Shown here piece by piece: positions 18,049 through 28,026 of a stretch of DNA of 32,000 nt. Within the stretch, counting starts at the first letter, position 1; every line of letters begins with the position of its first letter. The notes beneath the pieces are model-generated. The model did no database searches, had not been told where the DNA came from, and saw only the letters and a list, made by a program, of their open reading frames with translations. Both the position numbers and the translations under genes were made by a program. The DNA lies in contig OW818675.1 of the NCBI GenBank assembly GCA_942493095.1, positions 2,640,001 to 2,672,000 on the forward strand, in the 5' to 3' direction. The stretch comes from Candidatus Electronema halotolerans. GTDB taxonomy: Bacteria > Desulfobacterota > Desulfobulbia > Desulfobulbales > Desulfobulbaceae.

Positions 18049-18684
18049 TCAATCAGCCGGCAGGTTCTCAGCCGCCTCATTTGATTGAAGAAAGGCCTGA
18101 TATTCTTCCTCGGTGAGCATATCCTTGAGCTTGATTTTCAGGCGTTCCCGGCTTTCCTGAAGCAGGCGGAACATGGTTTCAGGAGCAGGCGGCGAGTCGG
18201 ATGAGACGGAGACTGCGTTCTCCATGTTCTCCATCTCCTCTTGGTAGGCCGCCTGCACCTGCGCCTTTTTTTCCGCATCAAGGCCGCTCATCCAATCCCG
18301 CACCCGATCAGCTTCGGTTTTTTTCTGCTGCGCCCGCACCAGCGCATTCTGCCGCCTGATCAAGTCAGCAGTCGCCTGCCAGAGCTGTTGTTTTTGTTGT
18401 TCAAGAATGTCGAGCCGCTGTGACACGGCTGCCACCTGCTGGATCAAGTGTTCATCTGACTGGTTGACTGGGGCTGGCGGACTTTGAACAACAGTTTGCG
18501 CAGGCGGAGAGGCGGCGGGAGTCTTAAATTGGGCGAGCCGCTCTTCAAGCTGGTCAAGTCGTTCGTTGAGCTGTCTTTGCGCAAAAGACAGGGTTTCCTC
18601 GTGCGGATAGGAAGCGTATTCTGCGGCAAAGCTGGCAAAGCAGACCAGACAGAAGGTCTGAAGAAGGAAGATTTTCCAAGACAT
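18049..18684 (-). CDS. Periplasmic coiled-coil hypothetical protein
   Basis: 211 aa, signal peptide MSWKIFLLQTFCLVCFASFAAEYA, heptad-like Gln/Glu/Leu-rich region. Confidence 0.6.
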   Translation of the reverse strand: MSWKIFLLQTFCLVCFASFAAEYASYPHEETLSFAQRQLNERLDQLEERLAQFKTPAASPPAQTVVQSPPAPVNQSDEHLIQQVAAVSQRLDILEQQKQQLWQATADLIRRQNALVRAQQKKTEADRVRDWMSGLDAEKKAQVQAAYQEEMENMENAVSVSSDSPPAPETMFRLLQESRERLKIKLKDMLTEEEYQAFLQSNEAAENLPAD

Positions 18685-18740
18685 GATAGTTGCAAAAACA
18701 GCCGGAGAGGCAACACTCCGGCTGTGGAACTGCTGCTGGA

Positions 18741-19736
18741 TCAGTCCTCAAACGGCTTGGGCTGCGGGGTCTTGTCAGAAGACGGCGGCAGGATTGGCAG
18801 AATGAAGGACGGCTGCTCGCCGGTCAGACTTTTGAGGAAGGCGACAATTTTGGCGTTTTCCTCATCAGTGAATTTTTTGCCGAGCTGGAGACGGCCCATT
18901 GTATCCACGGCCTGAGTCAGGGTCGCGGCCCCGCCATCGTGGAAGTAGGGATAAGTCAGCTCAACATTGCGCAGAGTGGGCACTTTGAAATTGAAGCGAT
19001 CCTCATCCTTGCCTGTGACTGCCTCGCGGCCCACAGTCGGACTCTTGGAATTGTACTCCTCCTTCACGCCCATTTTCTGGAACGAGCTGCCGCCGACCGC
19101 GATCCCGTAATGACAGGCCACGCAGCCGGAATCCTTGAACAGCTTATAACCGGCCAGCTCCTCCTCGCTCAGGGCCTTGGCATCGCCGAGCAGCCACTGG
19201 TCAAAGCGGGAATTGGGCGTGACCAAGGTGTTCTCAAATTCGGCAATGGTGGCAGTGATCCGCTCAATATCAATCTTGTCATCGCCAAAAACTAACTTGA
19301 ACTCGGTCACATAGCCAGGAATTGACTTGACGGTCTCTTCAGCCAGCTCATGGGTGAAGGCCATTTCGCCGGGATTGGCAATCGGCCCGCCTGCCTGCTC
19401 CTTCAGCGTTTCAGCCCGACCATCCCAGAACTGGACAAAGTTCAGGCTCGAATTGAGCACGGTCGGGGCGTTGATCGGTCCCTTCTGCCAGTTGTGGCCA
19501 ATGGAGGTCTTGAGATTGTCTGAGCCGCCCATGCTCAGATTATGGCAGGAGTTGCAGGAAATGAAGCCTGACTTGGACAGGCGGGGATCAAAGAAGAGCT
19601 TCTTGCCCAGTTCAGCCTTGGCCACGTTGATCTGACCAACCGGCGGCACCGGCTCAATCGGCTCTGCCGCCCAAGCGGCTCCGGCAGACAGGATTGCCGC
19701 GACAACGGCTGTTGAAACCAAGCACTTGCTCACCAT
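18741..19736 (-). CDS. Diheme cytochrome c peroxidase (MauG/CcpA family)
   Basis: Start at 19736 with strong RBS ggaggaaa; signal peptide; CNSCH and CVACH heme motifs; KLFFDPRLSKSGFISCNSCHN, NAPTVLNSSLNFVQFWDGRAETLKEQ. Confidence 0.93.
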   Translation of the reverse strand: MVSKCLVSTAVVAAILSAGAAWAAEPIEPVPPVGQINVAKAELGKKLFFDPRLSKSGFISCNSCHNLSMGGSDNLKTSIGHNWQKGPINAPTVLNSSLNFVQFWDGRAETLKEQAGGPIANPGEMAFTHELAEETVKSIPGYVTEFKLVFGDDKIDIERITATIAEFENTLVTPNSRFDQWLLGDAKALSEEELAGYKLFKDSGCVACHYGIAVGGSSFQKMGVKEEYNSKSPTVGREAVTGKDEDRFNFKVPTLRNVELTYPYFHDGGAATLTQAVDTMGRLQLGKKFTDEENAKIVAFLKSLTGEQPSFILPILPPSSDKTPQPKPFED

Positions 19737-19917
19737 CGTATTTTCCTCCAATCTTTTTTGTGATTCAGAACAATGCTGCGGCGCGCAGCCTTGATACCTA
19801 TTGTAGCGGAAAGCTGCGGATAAAGTCAAAGAGGAAAACGGCTGCCAGCCGCATCTTCCAAGTGCCTTTTTTTGAGCAAAGAGAAAAACTGTCTTGAGCT
19901 GGCGCGCCGCATCGGCT

Positions 19918-21144
19918 ATGACAACAAGAGCACCTTCTTCATCTCAACAGACAACTGCGCCGTCCGCCATGAACTTTTTTCTGCTCTGTCCAGCCCTGCT
20001 TGCCTGTGTCTGCACGATTTTTGTCCTCCATGAAAGCATGCAGTATCACCGGCACATCCGCAGGCTGGACGACAGCGCGCCTTTGGATGCCGCTGAAGTC
20101 CCTCTGCTTTCCATCATCATTCCGGCCTGCAACGAAGAGCGGCATATTGAAGCCGCGCTGACCTCTGTGCTGGCCTTGGAGTATCCAAGATTGGAAATCA
20201 TTGTTTTGGATGACCGCTCAACAGACGGGACAGCCGAGCTGCTGCACCAGATGGCGGAAGAACAACCCCGGCTGCGGGTGGTCACGATCCGCGCTCTGCC
20301 GCCCGGCTGGCTGGGCAAAAATCATGCCCTGCATGTCGGCGCGGAGCAGGCTGAAGGCGAATATCTGCTCTTCACGGATGCGGACGTGCGCATGGCCCCG
20401 GACACGGTCAGCCGCGCCGTGGCCCGGATGCGGGAGCAGAACCTGGATCATCTCTGCCTGACCTTCCACTTGGACATGCCCGGTCAGCTCTTAGCCATGC
20501 TGGCCGCAGACAGCCTGTCCGGGCTGATGACCCTGTTCAAGCCGTGGCGGGTCTCAGAACCGAATCCCCGCTATTTCCTCGGAACGGGCGGCTTCAATCT
20601 GGTCCGCAAGAGCATGTATGCGCGTTTTGGCGGCCACCGCCCCATCCGTCTCTGTCCGGTGGATGACATCCTTTTAGGTAAATTGGTCAAGCGCAATGGC
20701 GGCAGGCAGGAATGTTTGGACGGCTGCAATTTTGTCACTGTGCCGTGGTACAGTTCAGTGCGGGAGATGGCGGACGGGCTGCGCAAAAATGCTTTTGCGG
20801 TATTAGATTATCAAATCAGCCTATTCTTGCTTTTCACCCTGACACTGATCGTCTGTCAAATTCTGCCGTTCTGGGGCCTGCTGCTGACTGAGGGAACAGT
20901 GCGCCTGCTCTGCGGTCTGACCGTGGCGGCCATGTTTTTTGCCCAGCTCATCGCAGTCCGGGCCTTTGCTTTGCCGACTGCCTGCCTGCGCTGGTTTCTC
21001 GTTGTTCCATACCTGAAACTCTGGATCATCTGGCGGGCAGTCATCACCACCCTCATTCGGGGAGGCATTGACTGGCGGGGAACCTTTTATTCTTTGAAAG
21101 AGCTGAAGCGGAACATGGTGCCGCTCATGCCGTGGAGAAAATGA
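19918..21144 (+). CDS. Family 2 glycosyltransferase, membrane-associated
   Basis: LLSIIIPACNEERHIEAALTSVLALEYPRLEIIVLDDRSTDGTAELL..., LFTDADV, C-terminal TM segments. Start uncertain (19894 TTG, 19918 or 19969). Confidence 0.88.
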   Translation: MTTRAPSSSQQTTAPSAMNFFLLCPALLACVCTIFVLHESMQYHRHIRRLDDSAPLDAAEVPLLSIIIPACNEERHIEAALTSVLALEYPRLEIIVLDDRSTDGTAELLHQMAEEQPRLRVVTIRALPPGWLGKNHALHVGAEQAEGEYLLFTDADVRMAPDTVSRAVARMREQNLDHLCLTFHLDMPGQLLAMLAADSLSGLMTLFKPWRVSEPNPRYFLGTGGFNLVRKSMYARFGGHRPIRLCPVDDILLGKLVKRNGGRQECLDGCNFVTVPWYSSVREMADGLRKNAFAVLDYQISLFLLFTLTLIVCQILPFWGLLLTEGTVRLLCGLTVAAMFFAQLIAVRAFALPTACLRWFLVVPYLKLWIIWRAVITTLIRGGIDWRGTFYSLKELKRNMVPLMPWRK

Positions 21145-21836
21145 TGGAATTTCGCAGTTTCCCTGATCAAAAAACCTTAGCCGTTGCATTGGCCGACCAT
21201 ATCGGCAAGGCGTTGCAGAACAGCATTGCCAAGCGCGGCCAAGCCAGCTTGGTTGTCTCTGGCGGCTCCACGCCGCTGCCTTTGTTTGCGCAGCTGGCCG
21301 CACTGACTCTGCCTTGGCCGCAGGTGGTGATCACTTTGGCCGATGAACGCTGGGTGGAGCCGTCTTCTCCTGATGCCAATGAATTGTCAGTCCGGCGGCA
21401 CCTGCTGCAAGATCAGGCCGCAGATGCCGTTTTTATCGGATTGAAAAACAAAGCGGCGGCGGCTGAGGATGGCCAAGCGGAATGTGAACGCCGCCTGCAA
21501 GCGATTTCCCAGCCCTTCACCACTGTCATTCTCGGCATGGGCAATGACGGCCACACGGCCTCGCTGTTTCCCTGCGCGCCGCAACTTGCCGTTGCTGTTG
21601 ACATGAACAGCGGCAGGCTCTGCGCCGCAGTCAGGCCGCAGACTGCGCCGCATGAACGGATGACCCTGACTCTGCCTGCCATTTTGACGGCAGAGGAAAT
21701 TATTCTCCATATCACCGGGCCGGAAAAAAAAGCGGTGCTGGACAAGGCCTTGGCGGACGGCCCGCCCGAAGCAATGCCAATCCGCTTCATTCTCCGGCAG
21801 CAGGCCGTGCCAGTCACGGTGTATTGGGCGGCCTGA
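21141..21836 (+). CDS. pgl: 6-phosphogluconolactonase
   Basis: MMEFRSFPDQKTLAVALADHIG..., SGGSTPLPLFAQLA, LADERWVEPSSPDANE, GMGNDGHTASLFP; start overlaps the upstream GT2 stop (ATGA). Confidence 0.93.
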   Translation: MMEFRSFPDQKTLAVALADHIGKALQNSIAKRGQASLVVSGGSTPLPLFAQLAALTLPWPQVVITLADERWVEPSSPDANELSVRRHLLQDQAADAVFIGLKNKAAAAEDGQAECERRLQAISQPFTTVILGMGNDGHTASLFPCAPQLAVAVDMNSGRLCAAVRPQTAPHERMTLTLPAILTAEEIILHITGPEKKAVLDKALADGPPEAMPIRFILRQQAVPVTVYWAA

Positions 21837-21840
21837 TTTA

Positions 21841-22725
21841 TCAGGCAGTGATCTCGGTGCCAATGCCCTTGTCAGTGAAAATCTCCAGCAGGAGGGCGTG
21901 CTCCTGCCTGCCGTCAATGATGTGAGCCTTGTTCACGCCGCCATTGATTGCTGAGGCGCAGCAGCGCAGTTTGGGAATCATGCCGCCCTTGATTGTGCCG
22001 TCCGCAATCAGTGGCTCAATTGAGTTCAGGGCAATGGAGGAAAGCAGCCCGCCTTGGCTGTCCTTCACGCCCTCGACATCAGTGAGCAGAATCAGCTTGG
22101 CCGCCTTGAGTTCAGCGGCAATGGCTCCAGCCACCAGATCGGCATTGATGTTGTAGGCTTGGCCGTCCTCGCCCACGCCCACTGGCGCGATCACCGGGAT
22201 GAAATCCTTGGCATCCAAGGTTTCGAGTATGTCCGGGTTGATCCGGGTCACTTCTCCCACCTGGCCCAAGTCAATCAGCTCCGGCGGCGCATTCTCGGTC
22301 TCCGGCTTGCCAAGCACCTTCATTTTCTTGGCTTGGACCAAGTCGCCGTCCCGGCCTGACAACCCCACCGCCCGCCCGCCGCAGTGGTTGATCAGGCCGA
22401 CAATTTCCTTGTTGACCTTGCCGACCAAGACCATCTCGACCACGTCCATGGTCGCGCCGTCCGTGACCCGCATCCCCTGCACATAGCTGGAGCTGATCTG
22501 CATCTTGTTGAGAAACTCGTTGATCTGCGGCCCGCCGCCGTGGATGATCACCGGATTGATGCCAATGTACTTGAGCAGGATCACATCCAAGGCGAAATTT
22601 TTTTTCAACTCCTCGTCAACCATTGCGTGGCCGCCGTACTTGATGACCACTGTTTTTCCGTTGAATTCTCTCAGGTAAGGCAGGGCTTCGATCAGCACCC
22701 TGGCCTTGGACAGCTCCTTCTGCAT
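21841..22725 (-). CDS. argB: Acetylglutamate kinase
   Basis: 294 aa, [55 protein letters not shown]... Confidence 0.96.
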   Translation of the reverse strand: MQKELSKARVLIEALPYLREFNGKTVVIKYGGHAMVDEELKKNFALDVILLKYIGINPVIIHGGGPQINEFLNKMQISSSYVQGMRVTDGATMDVVEMVLVGKVNKEIVGLINHCGGRAVGLSGRDGDLVQAKKMKVLGKPETENAPPELIDLGQVGEVTRINPDILETLDAKDFIPVIAPVGVGEDGQAYNINADLVAGAIAAELKAAKLILLTDVEGVKDSQGGLLSSIALNSIEPLIADGTIKGGMIPKLRCCASAINGGVNKAHIIDGRQEHALLLEIFTDKGIGTEITA

Positions 22726-22868
22726 GGCATGGCTCCAATATGGTTGTGAATGCGGCTTTTCTTCTCTGAACAGGGAGATGGAAAGGCTTTACATTTCCCG
22801 GATAACCCTGTATCTTTATCTTCTGCGCAGCAAAAAGACGCAGGGCTTTGCAGCCGCCTTATTACACC

Positions 22869-23417
22869 ATGATTCAGACAGAGACAGCAATGTATTTTTT
22901 TTCCCGCGCCGCCCGACCGCTGACCGCCGCCATTCTCGCCGCCGCTCTGCTGCTCCCGGCAGGGCCAGCTTTAAGCAAGAGCGACGATCCGCCGATCAAC
23001 ATTGAAGCGGACCGCATGGTCTCGAAAGAGCAGAGCAATACCGTGGTCTTCACTGGCAATGTTGATGCCAGCCAAGGCAAGATCACCATCCGCACCGATG
23101 AGATGACCGTCCATTACGAGGAGGAGGGCAGTCCCGGCAAGGACAAGAAAGACAAAAAGAAATCCAGCAAGGTGAAGCGGCTGGTCTGCATCGGCAATGT
23201 GGAAGTGACCCAGGATGACTGGCTGGGCACGGGCGAGCGAATGGACTACTATGCGGACGAGCGCAAGGTGGTTCTCACCGGCAATGCCAAGGCCTGGCAG
23301 GGCAAGAACATGGTTTCCGGCAAGACCATCACCTATTATTTGGATGAGAAGCGCTCAATCGTGGAGCAGGATCAAAGCAAGCCGGGCCGGGTCAGGGCGG
23401 TCATTCAGCAAGACTGA
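22869..23417 (+). CDS. lptA: Lipopolysaccharide transport periplasmic protein LptA
   Basis: Signal peptide then DDPPINIEADRMVSKEQSNTVVFTGNVDASQGKITIRTDEMTVHYEEEG..., OstA-like N domain, immediately upstream of lptB. Start may be 22890. Confidence 0.85.
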   Translation: MIQTETAMYFFSRAARPLTAAILAAALLLPAGPALSKSDDPPINIEADRMVSKEQSNTVVFTGNVDASQGKITIRTDEMTVHYEEEGSPGKDKKDKKKSSKVKRLVCIGNVEVTQDDWLGTGERMDYYADERKVVLTGNAKAWQGKNMVSGKTITYYLDEKRSIVEQDQSKPGRVRAVIQQD

Positions 23418-23420
23418 GGC

Positions 23421-24152
23421 ATGAGTTCCGCCGCTGTTCTGGAGACCAGCAATCTGGTCAAGGAATACCGCGCCCGCCGGGTGGTTGATCAGGTCAGCCT
23501 GCAAGTGCGGAGCGGTTCGATTGTCGGCCTGCTGGGACCGAACGGGGCAGGGAAGACCACGACCTTTTATTCTATCGTCGGCTTCATCCGGCCCAGTTCC
23601 GGCCTGATTATTCTCAACAACGAGGACATCAGCGAACTGCCCATTCATCAGCGGGCTGCCAAAGGCATCACCTATCTGGCGCAGGAGCCGTCGGTCTTCA
23701 AAAAGCTGACCGTAGAGGAGAACATCCGCATTGTCCTGGAGCCGCTCGGCCTGAGCCGCAACGAGATCAGAAGCCGAATCCAGGAGCTGATGGCGGAACT
23801 CAAGATTGAGTATTTAGCCAATAACAAGGGCCATGCCCTGTCCGGCGGCGAGCGGCGGCGGGTCGAGATCATGCGGGCCTTGGCTGTGCGGCCCCGCTTC
23901 ATTCTTTTGGATGAGCCATTCGCCGGCGTGGATCCGCTTTCTGTGGCTGATCTTCAGCAAATCATCCGTGATCTCAAGGCAAAAGGCCTCGGCATTCTCA
24001 TTTCTGACCACAATGTCCGCGAAACGCTGCAAGTCTGTGATTTCGCCTATATCATGAACAGCGGTCAGATACTGACCAACGGCGCGGCCAGCGACATCAT
24101 TCGCAGCGAGCTGGCCAAGAAGATGTATCTTGGCAAGAATTTCACTCTGTGA
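23421..24152 (+). CDS. lptB: LPS export ABC transporter ATP-binding protein
   Basis: 243 aa, Walker A GPNGAGKTTTFYSIVG, signature LSGGERRRVEIMRAL, Walker B FILLDEPFAGVDPLSV. Confidence 0.96.
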   Translation: MSSAAVLETSNLVKEYRARRVVDQVSLQVRSGSIVGLLGPNGAGKTTTFYSIVGFIRPSSGLIILNNEDISELPIHQRAAKGITYLAQEPSVFKKLTVEENIRIVLEPLGLSRNEIRSRIQELMAELKIEYLANNKGHALSGGERRRVEIMRALAVRPRFILLDEPFAGVDPLSVADLQQIIRDLKAKGLGILISDHNVRETLQVCDFAYIMNSGQILTNGAASDIIRSELAKKMYLGKNFTL

Positions 24153-24206
24153 GCGCACCGGCATGAAGCAGGACTTTGACCAGCGCGCCGCCCTTCTGCC
24201 GCGCCC

Positions 24207-25670
24207 ATGAGCTTGGAACTTCGGCAGCAGCTCAAGCTGGCCCAGAAGCTGGTCATGACCCAGCAGCTCCGCCAGGCGATTCAGCTTCTCCAGATGAACC
24301 GGCTGGAGCTGACCACGGCCTTGCAGGCGGAAATGGAGCAGAATCCCATGCTGGAGGAGGTGGACAGGACTTTGGAGCCAAGCGGCCCGGAAGCTCTGTC
24401 AGCGGTTGAGGAGGCGGGCAATGCCGACGTGGAGATGCTGATCACCGGCCAAGTGGCTGGAGACAGTCCGGCAGCTGTGGGTGAGGTCAACTGGGAGGAT
24501 TATGCCAACAACTTTGAGGCGGATTTTTCCTTTGCTCATGAGACCCCGCCTGCGGATGCGCCCTCACGTTTTGACTTCACCTCTGCCGCGCCCGGCCTGA
24601 CCGCCTTTCTCGCTTGGCAGCTCACGCATCTGAGCCTGACCGAGGCGGACATGGAGATAGCCCGCTGCATTCTCGGCAACTTGGATGGACATGGTTTCTT
24701 AGAGGCGGAAATTGCTGATATCTGTGCCGAGACCGGCTGTCCTGAAAAAGAGGCCGAGGCGGTGCTGCGGCTGGTGCAGAGTCTCGATCCGCCCGGCATT
24801 GCCGCCCGCACCTTGCAGGAATCGCTTCTGCTCCAGCTGGAGCGGAAAGATATGGAGGACACCCTGACGTGGCAAATTGTCACTGAGTGCATGGATGAAT
24901 TGGCGGGCCGTAACTTTGCCGCCATTGCCCGCCGAACTGGCTCCACAGCGCGGGAAGCGCAGAGCGCGGCGGCAGTGCTGGCTGAATTGACCCCATATCC
25001 GGGCAATGAATACAGCAATGAGCAGACTCGGTATATTACGCCGGATGTCTATGTGCTCAAAGTCGGCGACCAGCTCGTGGTCTCGCTCAACAACGAGGAG
25101 CTGCCTGAAGTGCGGCTCTCCGCTGCCTATCAGGAGCTGCTTGACAACAAGAAAGCCGCTCCTGATCCTGCGACCAAAGAATATTTGCAGGAAAAAAAAC
25201 GCAATGCCCAGCTCCTGCTCAATGCCTTGGACTACCGGAAGAGCACCATCTGCCGGGTCATGGAGAGCATTGTCAAATTCCAGCCTGAGTTTTTTATCAA
25301 AGGGCCGAGTGCCTTGAAACCTTTGGTCCTCAGTGATGTGGCCCAGGAGCTGGGGGTGCATGAATCCACGGTCAGCCGGGCCACAGCGAATAAATATGCG
25401 CACACGCCGCAGGGGCTGTATGAGCTGAAATATTTTTTCTCCACCGCCGCCACCACTGACGCAGACACAGGCGAGGAGCTGACTGCGGTGTCGATCAAGC
25501 AGCGGCTCGGCCAGCTCATCCGCGCCGAGGATGCAGCCAAGCCTTACAGTGACAGCAAGCTGGCTGACATGCTGGAAGCGGAAGGGATCAAAATAGCCCG
25601 CCGCACTGTGGCCAAGTATCGCGAACAGATGAAGATTCTTCCGGTCAAGCACCGCCGCCGGAAAGATTGA
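24207..25670 (+). CDS. rpoN: RNA polymerase sigma-54 factor
   Basis: 487 aa, MSLELRQQLKLAQKLVMTQQLRQAIQLLQMNRLEL..., C-terminal RpoN box ARRTVAKYREQMKILPVKHRRRKD. Confidence 0.97.
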   Translation: MSLELRQQLKLAQKLVMTQQLRQAIQLLQMNRLELTTALQAEMEQNPMLEEVDRTLEPSGPEALSAVEEAGNADVEMLITGQVAGDSPAAVGEVNWEDYANNFEADFSFAHETPPADAPSRFDFTSAAPGLTAFLAWQLTHLSLTEADMEIARCILGNLDGHGFLEAEIADICAETGCPEKEAEAVLRLVQSLDPPGIAARTLQESLLLQLERKDMEDTLTWQIVTECMDELAGRNFAAIARRTGSTAREAQSAAAVLAELTPYPGNEYSNEQTRYITPDVYVLKVGDQLVVSLNNEELPEVRLSAAYQELLDNKKAAPDPATKEYLQEKKRNAQLLLNALDYRKSTICRVMESIVKFQPEFFIKGPSALKPLVLSDVAQELGVHESTVSRATANKYAHTPQGLYELKYFFSTAATTDADTGEELTAVSIKQRLGQLIRAEDAAKPYSDSKLADMLEAEGIKIARRTVAKYREQMKILPVKHRRRKD

Positions 25671-25709
25671 GCAATCACAACAGGAGAAGAGGGCAGAGGC
25701 AGGCAACTG

Positions 25710-26153
25710 ATGACAGAGCTGACCGAAGAAGGGATCATACTTGAACTGCAGGCCAGAACCAAGGAGGAACTGCTGCATGAAATGGCGGCGGCGGCCCAGC
25801 GGCAGTGTCCGCAGATTGCAGTGGAAATCGTGCGGCAGGCCCTGCTGGAACGGGAGCAAATCGGCTCCACTGGCGTGGGCGGCGGCATTGCCATTCCGCA
25901 TGGCAAGCTGTCCGGGCTGCCGAATTTGCTGCTCTGCTTCGGCAGGTCAGTGCGGGGCATTCCTTTTGAGGCCAAGGACAAGCTGCCGGTGCATCTCTTT
26001 GTCATGATTCTCTCACCTGCTGACATGGCCTCGGAATATCTGCAAACCTTGGGCCGGATCAGTCGGCTGCTCAAGGATGAGAGCACCCGAGGCAAGCTGC
26101 TCCAAGCGGCGAGCGTCAAGACGGTGCAGCAGCTCTTCAGCCGCACCGCCTGA
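25710..26153 (+). CDS. ptsN: PTS IIA-like nitrogen regulatory protein
   Basis: 147 aa, LLEREQIGSTGVGGGIAIPHGKLSGLPNLLLCFGRSVRGIPFEAKDKLPVHLFVMILSP; active-site His in AIPHGK; follows rpoN. Confidence 0.9.
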   Translation: MTELTEEGIILELQARTKEELLHEMAAAAQRQCPQIAVEIVRQALLEREQIGSTGVGGGIAIPHGKLSGLPNLLLCFGRSVRGIPFEAKDKLPVHLFVMILSPADMASEYLQTLGRISRLLKDESTRGKLLQAASVKTVQQLFSRTA

Positions 26154-26170
26154 ACAAGAGACAAGAGCAA

Positions 26171-27535
26171 TCAGCTCTCCTTGATCATCTCCGCAATTCG
26201 GAAAGCCATTTCCAGCGACTGCTCGGCATTGAGGCGCGGGTCGCAGGCTGTGCAGTAGTTGCGGCCCAAGTGCTCGTCGCTCAGGCCGCCTGCGCCGCCG
26301 GTGCATTCTGTCACCTCGCCGGTCTCTTCATCCTTGCCAGTCAGCTCGAAATGCACCCCGCCTGGAATTGCCCCTTCAGTCCGGCAGATGGCGAAGAACT
26401 GCCGCAGCTCGGCGAGAATGTCCTCAAAGCTGCGGGTCTTGCAGCCGCTCAGGGTTTTGCGGATGTTGCCGTGCATCGGATCGCAGCACCAGAGCACATT
26501 CAGCCCCGCCGCTTTCACGCCCCGGAGCAGCGGCGGCAGGAACTGCTCGATCTTGCCTGCGCCGAAACGGGTGATCAGGGTCATCCGGCCTTCTTTGTTG
26601 TCTGGATTGAGCCGCCGCACCACTGCGACAATGTCATCCACATCATGAGTCGGCCCGACCTTCATGCCGAGCGGATTGCGCACACCGCGCAGGAATTCAA
26701 TATGCGCGCCGTCGAGCTGGCGGGTGCGGTCGCCAATCCAAAGCATGTGGCCGGAGCAGTCATACCAGCGGCCCCGCACCTCGTCCTCTGAATCCTCACG
26801 GGCCAAGGCCGCCTCATAGTCCAAGAACAGGGCCTCATGCGAGGTGAAAATATCTACCTCCTTGATCTGCGGCATGTCGGTATGGATGCCGATATTGCTC
26901 ATGAACTTCAGCGTCCTTTCGATTTGCCTAGCAACACTCTGCTCGTAATCGCCGCCAACCGGCGAATTCTTGACAAACTCCTGATTCCACTTATGCACAT
27001 TGTGCAGGGAGCTGAAACCGCCTTGAGCAAAAGCGCGCAGCAGGTTGAGGGTGCTGGCGGAGAGGTAGTATCCCTTAAGCAGCCGCTGCGGGTCAGCCCG
27101 GCGGGCCTCCGGGGTGCCTGCCACGGAATTGCACATGTCGCCCCGATAGCTGGGCAGCTCCACGCCGTTGACCATCTCCGTCGGACTGGAGCGCGGCTTG
27201 GCGTACTGTCCGGCAAGCCGGCCTATCTTCACCACTGGCCTGCCGCCTGCGTAGGTGAGAATGGCCGCCATTTGCAGGAGCACTTTCAACGTGCTCTTGA
27301 TGTTCGGGGCAGTGCAGCGGGCGAATTCCTCTGAGCAGTCACCGCCTTGCAGCAGGAAGGCCTCGCCCTTGGCCGCCTTGGCCAGCATGGCCCTGAGATC
27401 GCGAATCTCGCCCGCAGCCACCAACGGCGGCAGTTTGGCCAAATCTTCGGTCGCCTGCCGAAGTTCTTCTTCCGGCCAGTCAGGCTGCTGCAAGGCCGGT
27501 TTGCTCTTCCAAGATGTTTTGCTCCACGTAGTCAT
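26171..27535 (-). CDS. Class II 3-deoxy-7-phosphoheptulonate (DAHP) synthase
   Basis: 454 aa, MTTWSKTSWKSKPALQQPDWPEEELRQATEDLAKLPPLV...GEAFLLQGGDCSEEFARC...RSSPTEMVNGVELPSYRGDMCN...; plant-type (AroA_II) family. Confidence 0.95.
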   Translation of the reverse strand: MTTWSKTSWKSKPALQQPDWPEEELRQATEDLAKLPPLVAAGEIRDLRAMLAKAAKGEAFLLQGGDCSEEFARCTAPNIKSTLKVLLQMAAILTYAGGRPVVKIGRLAGQYAKPRSSPTEMVNGVELPSYRGDMCNSVAGTPEARRADPQRLLKGYYLSASTLNLLRAFAQGGFSSLHNVHKWNQEFVKNSPVGGDYEQSVARQIERTLKFMSNIGIHTDMPQIKEVDIFTSHEALFLDYEAALAREDSEDEVRGRWYDCSGHMLWIGDRTRQLDGAHIEFLRGVRNPLGMKVGPTHDVDDIVAVVRRLNPDNKEGRMTLITRFGAGKIEQFLPPLLRGVKAAGLNVLWCCDPMHGNIRKTLSGCKTRSFEDILAELRQFFAICRTEGAIPGGVHFELTGKDEETGEVTECTGGAGGLSDEHLGRNYCTACDPRLNAEQSLEMAFRIAEMIKES

Positions 27536-27602
27536 AGCGGTATATTGGCAAAGGTTTAAATTTACGGTCTTTTCTGAAGCTGCTCAAGCGTGGTCAGCTG
27601 TG

Positions 27603-27992
27603 TCAACTCCCCACACCAAAGTTCCGCAACGCGGTGCGGAAGGCGTTGAAAGGACTGACAATAGCGTCACCGAGCAAGATAGTGTAGCCAAACCAGTGGT
27701 AAAAGGTCAGCGGCTGCTCCATTTTCCAGACCAGATAGCAGAGCAGTGCTGTGGCGACCACCAGTCCGATCACAGAAGTGATTGTGTGCATCAAAAAAAT
27801 TCTTTCACTGATGTCGCCGGATTTGACAAATTCAGCAAAAAGCACAAACACGCCGAGGCCGATCAGGACAAAGCCCGGCACTCCATCCAAGGGGATTTGA
27901 GCAATCTGTGCTCCTGCAAGATAGATGATGATCAGAAAGGGCCACGGAACTTTACTGAAAAACGAGGCCATGCCGCTGCTTGAATTTGCCAT
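27603..27992 (-). CDS. Small conserved membrane protein of unknown function
   Basis: 129 aa with about three hydrophobic segments (PWPFLIIIYLAGAQI, FVLIGLGVFVLFAEF, TSVIGLVVATALLCYLVW). Confidence 0.6.
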   Translation of the reverse strand: MANSSSGMASFFSKVPWPFLIIIYLAGAQIAQIPLDGVPGFVLIGLGVFVLFAEFVKSGDISERIFLMHTITSVIGLVVATALLCYLVWKMEQPLTFYHWFGYTILLGDAIVSPFNAFRTALRNFGVGS

Positions 27993-28026
27993 GCAATCCT
28001 CCTTGCTTGTTCATAAATACGTCAAC

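Noticed and set aside
24699-25901. 400-aa minus-strand ORF
   Set aside because: Antisense to rpoN and ptsN, whose protein motifs are unambiguous.
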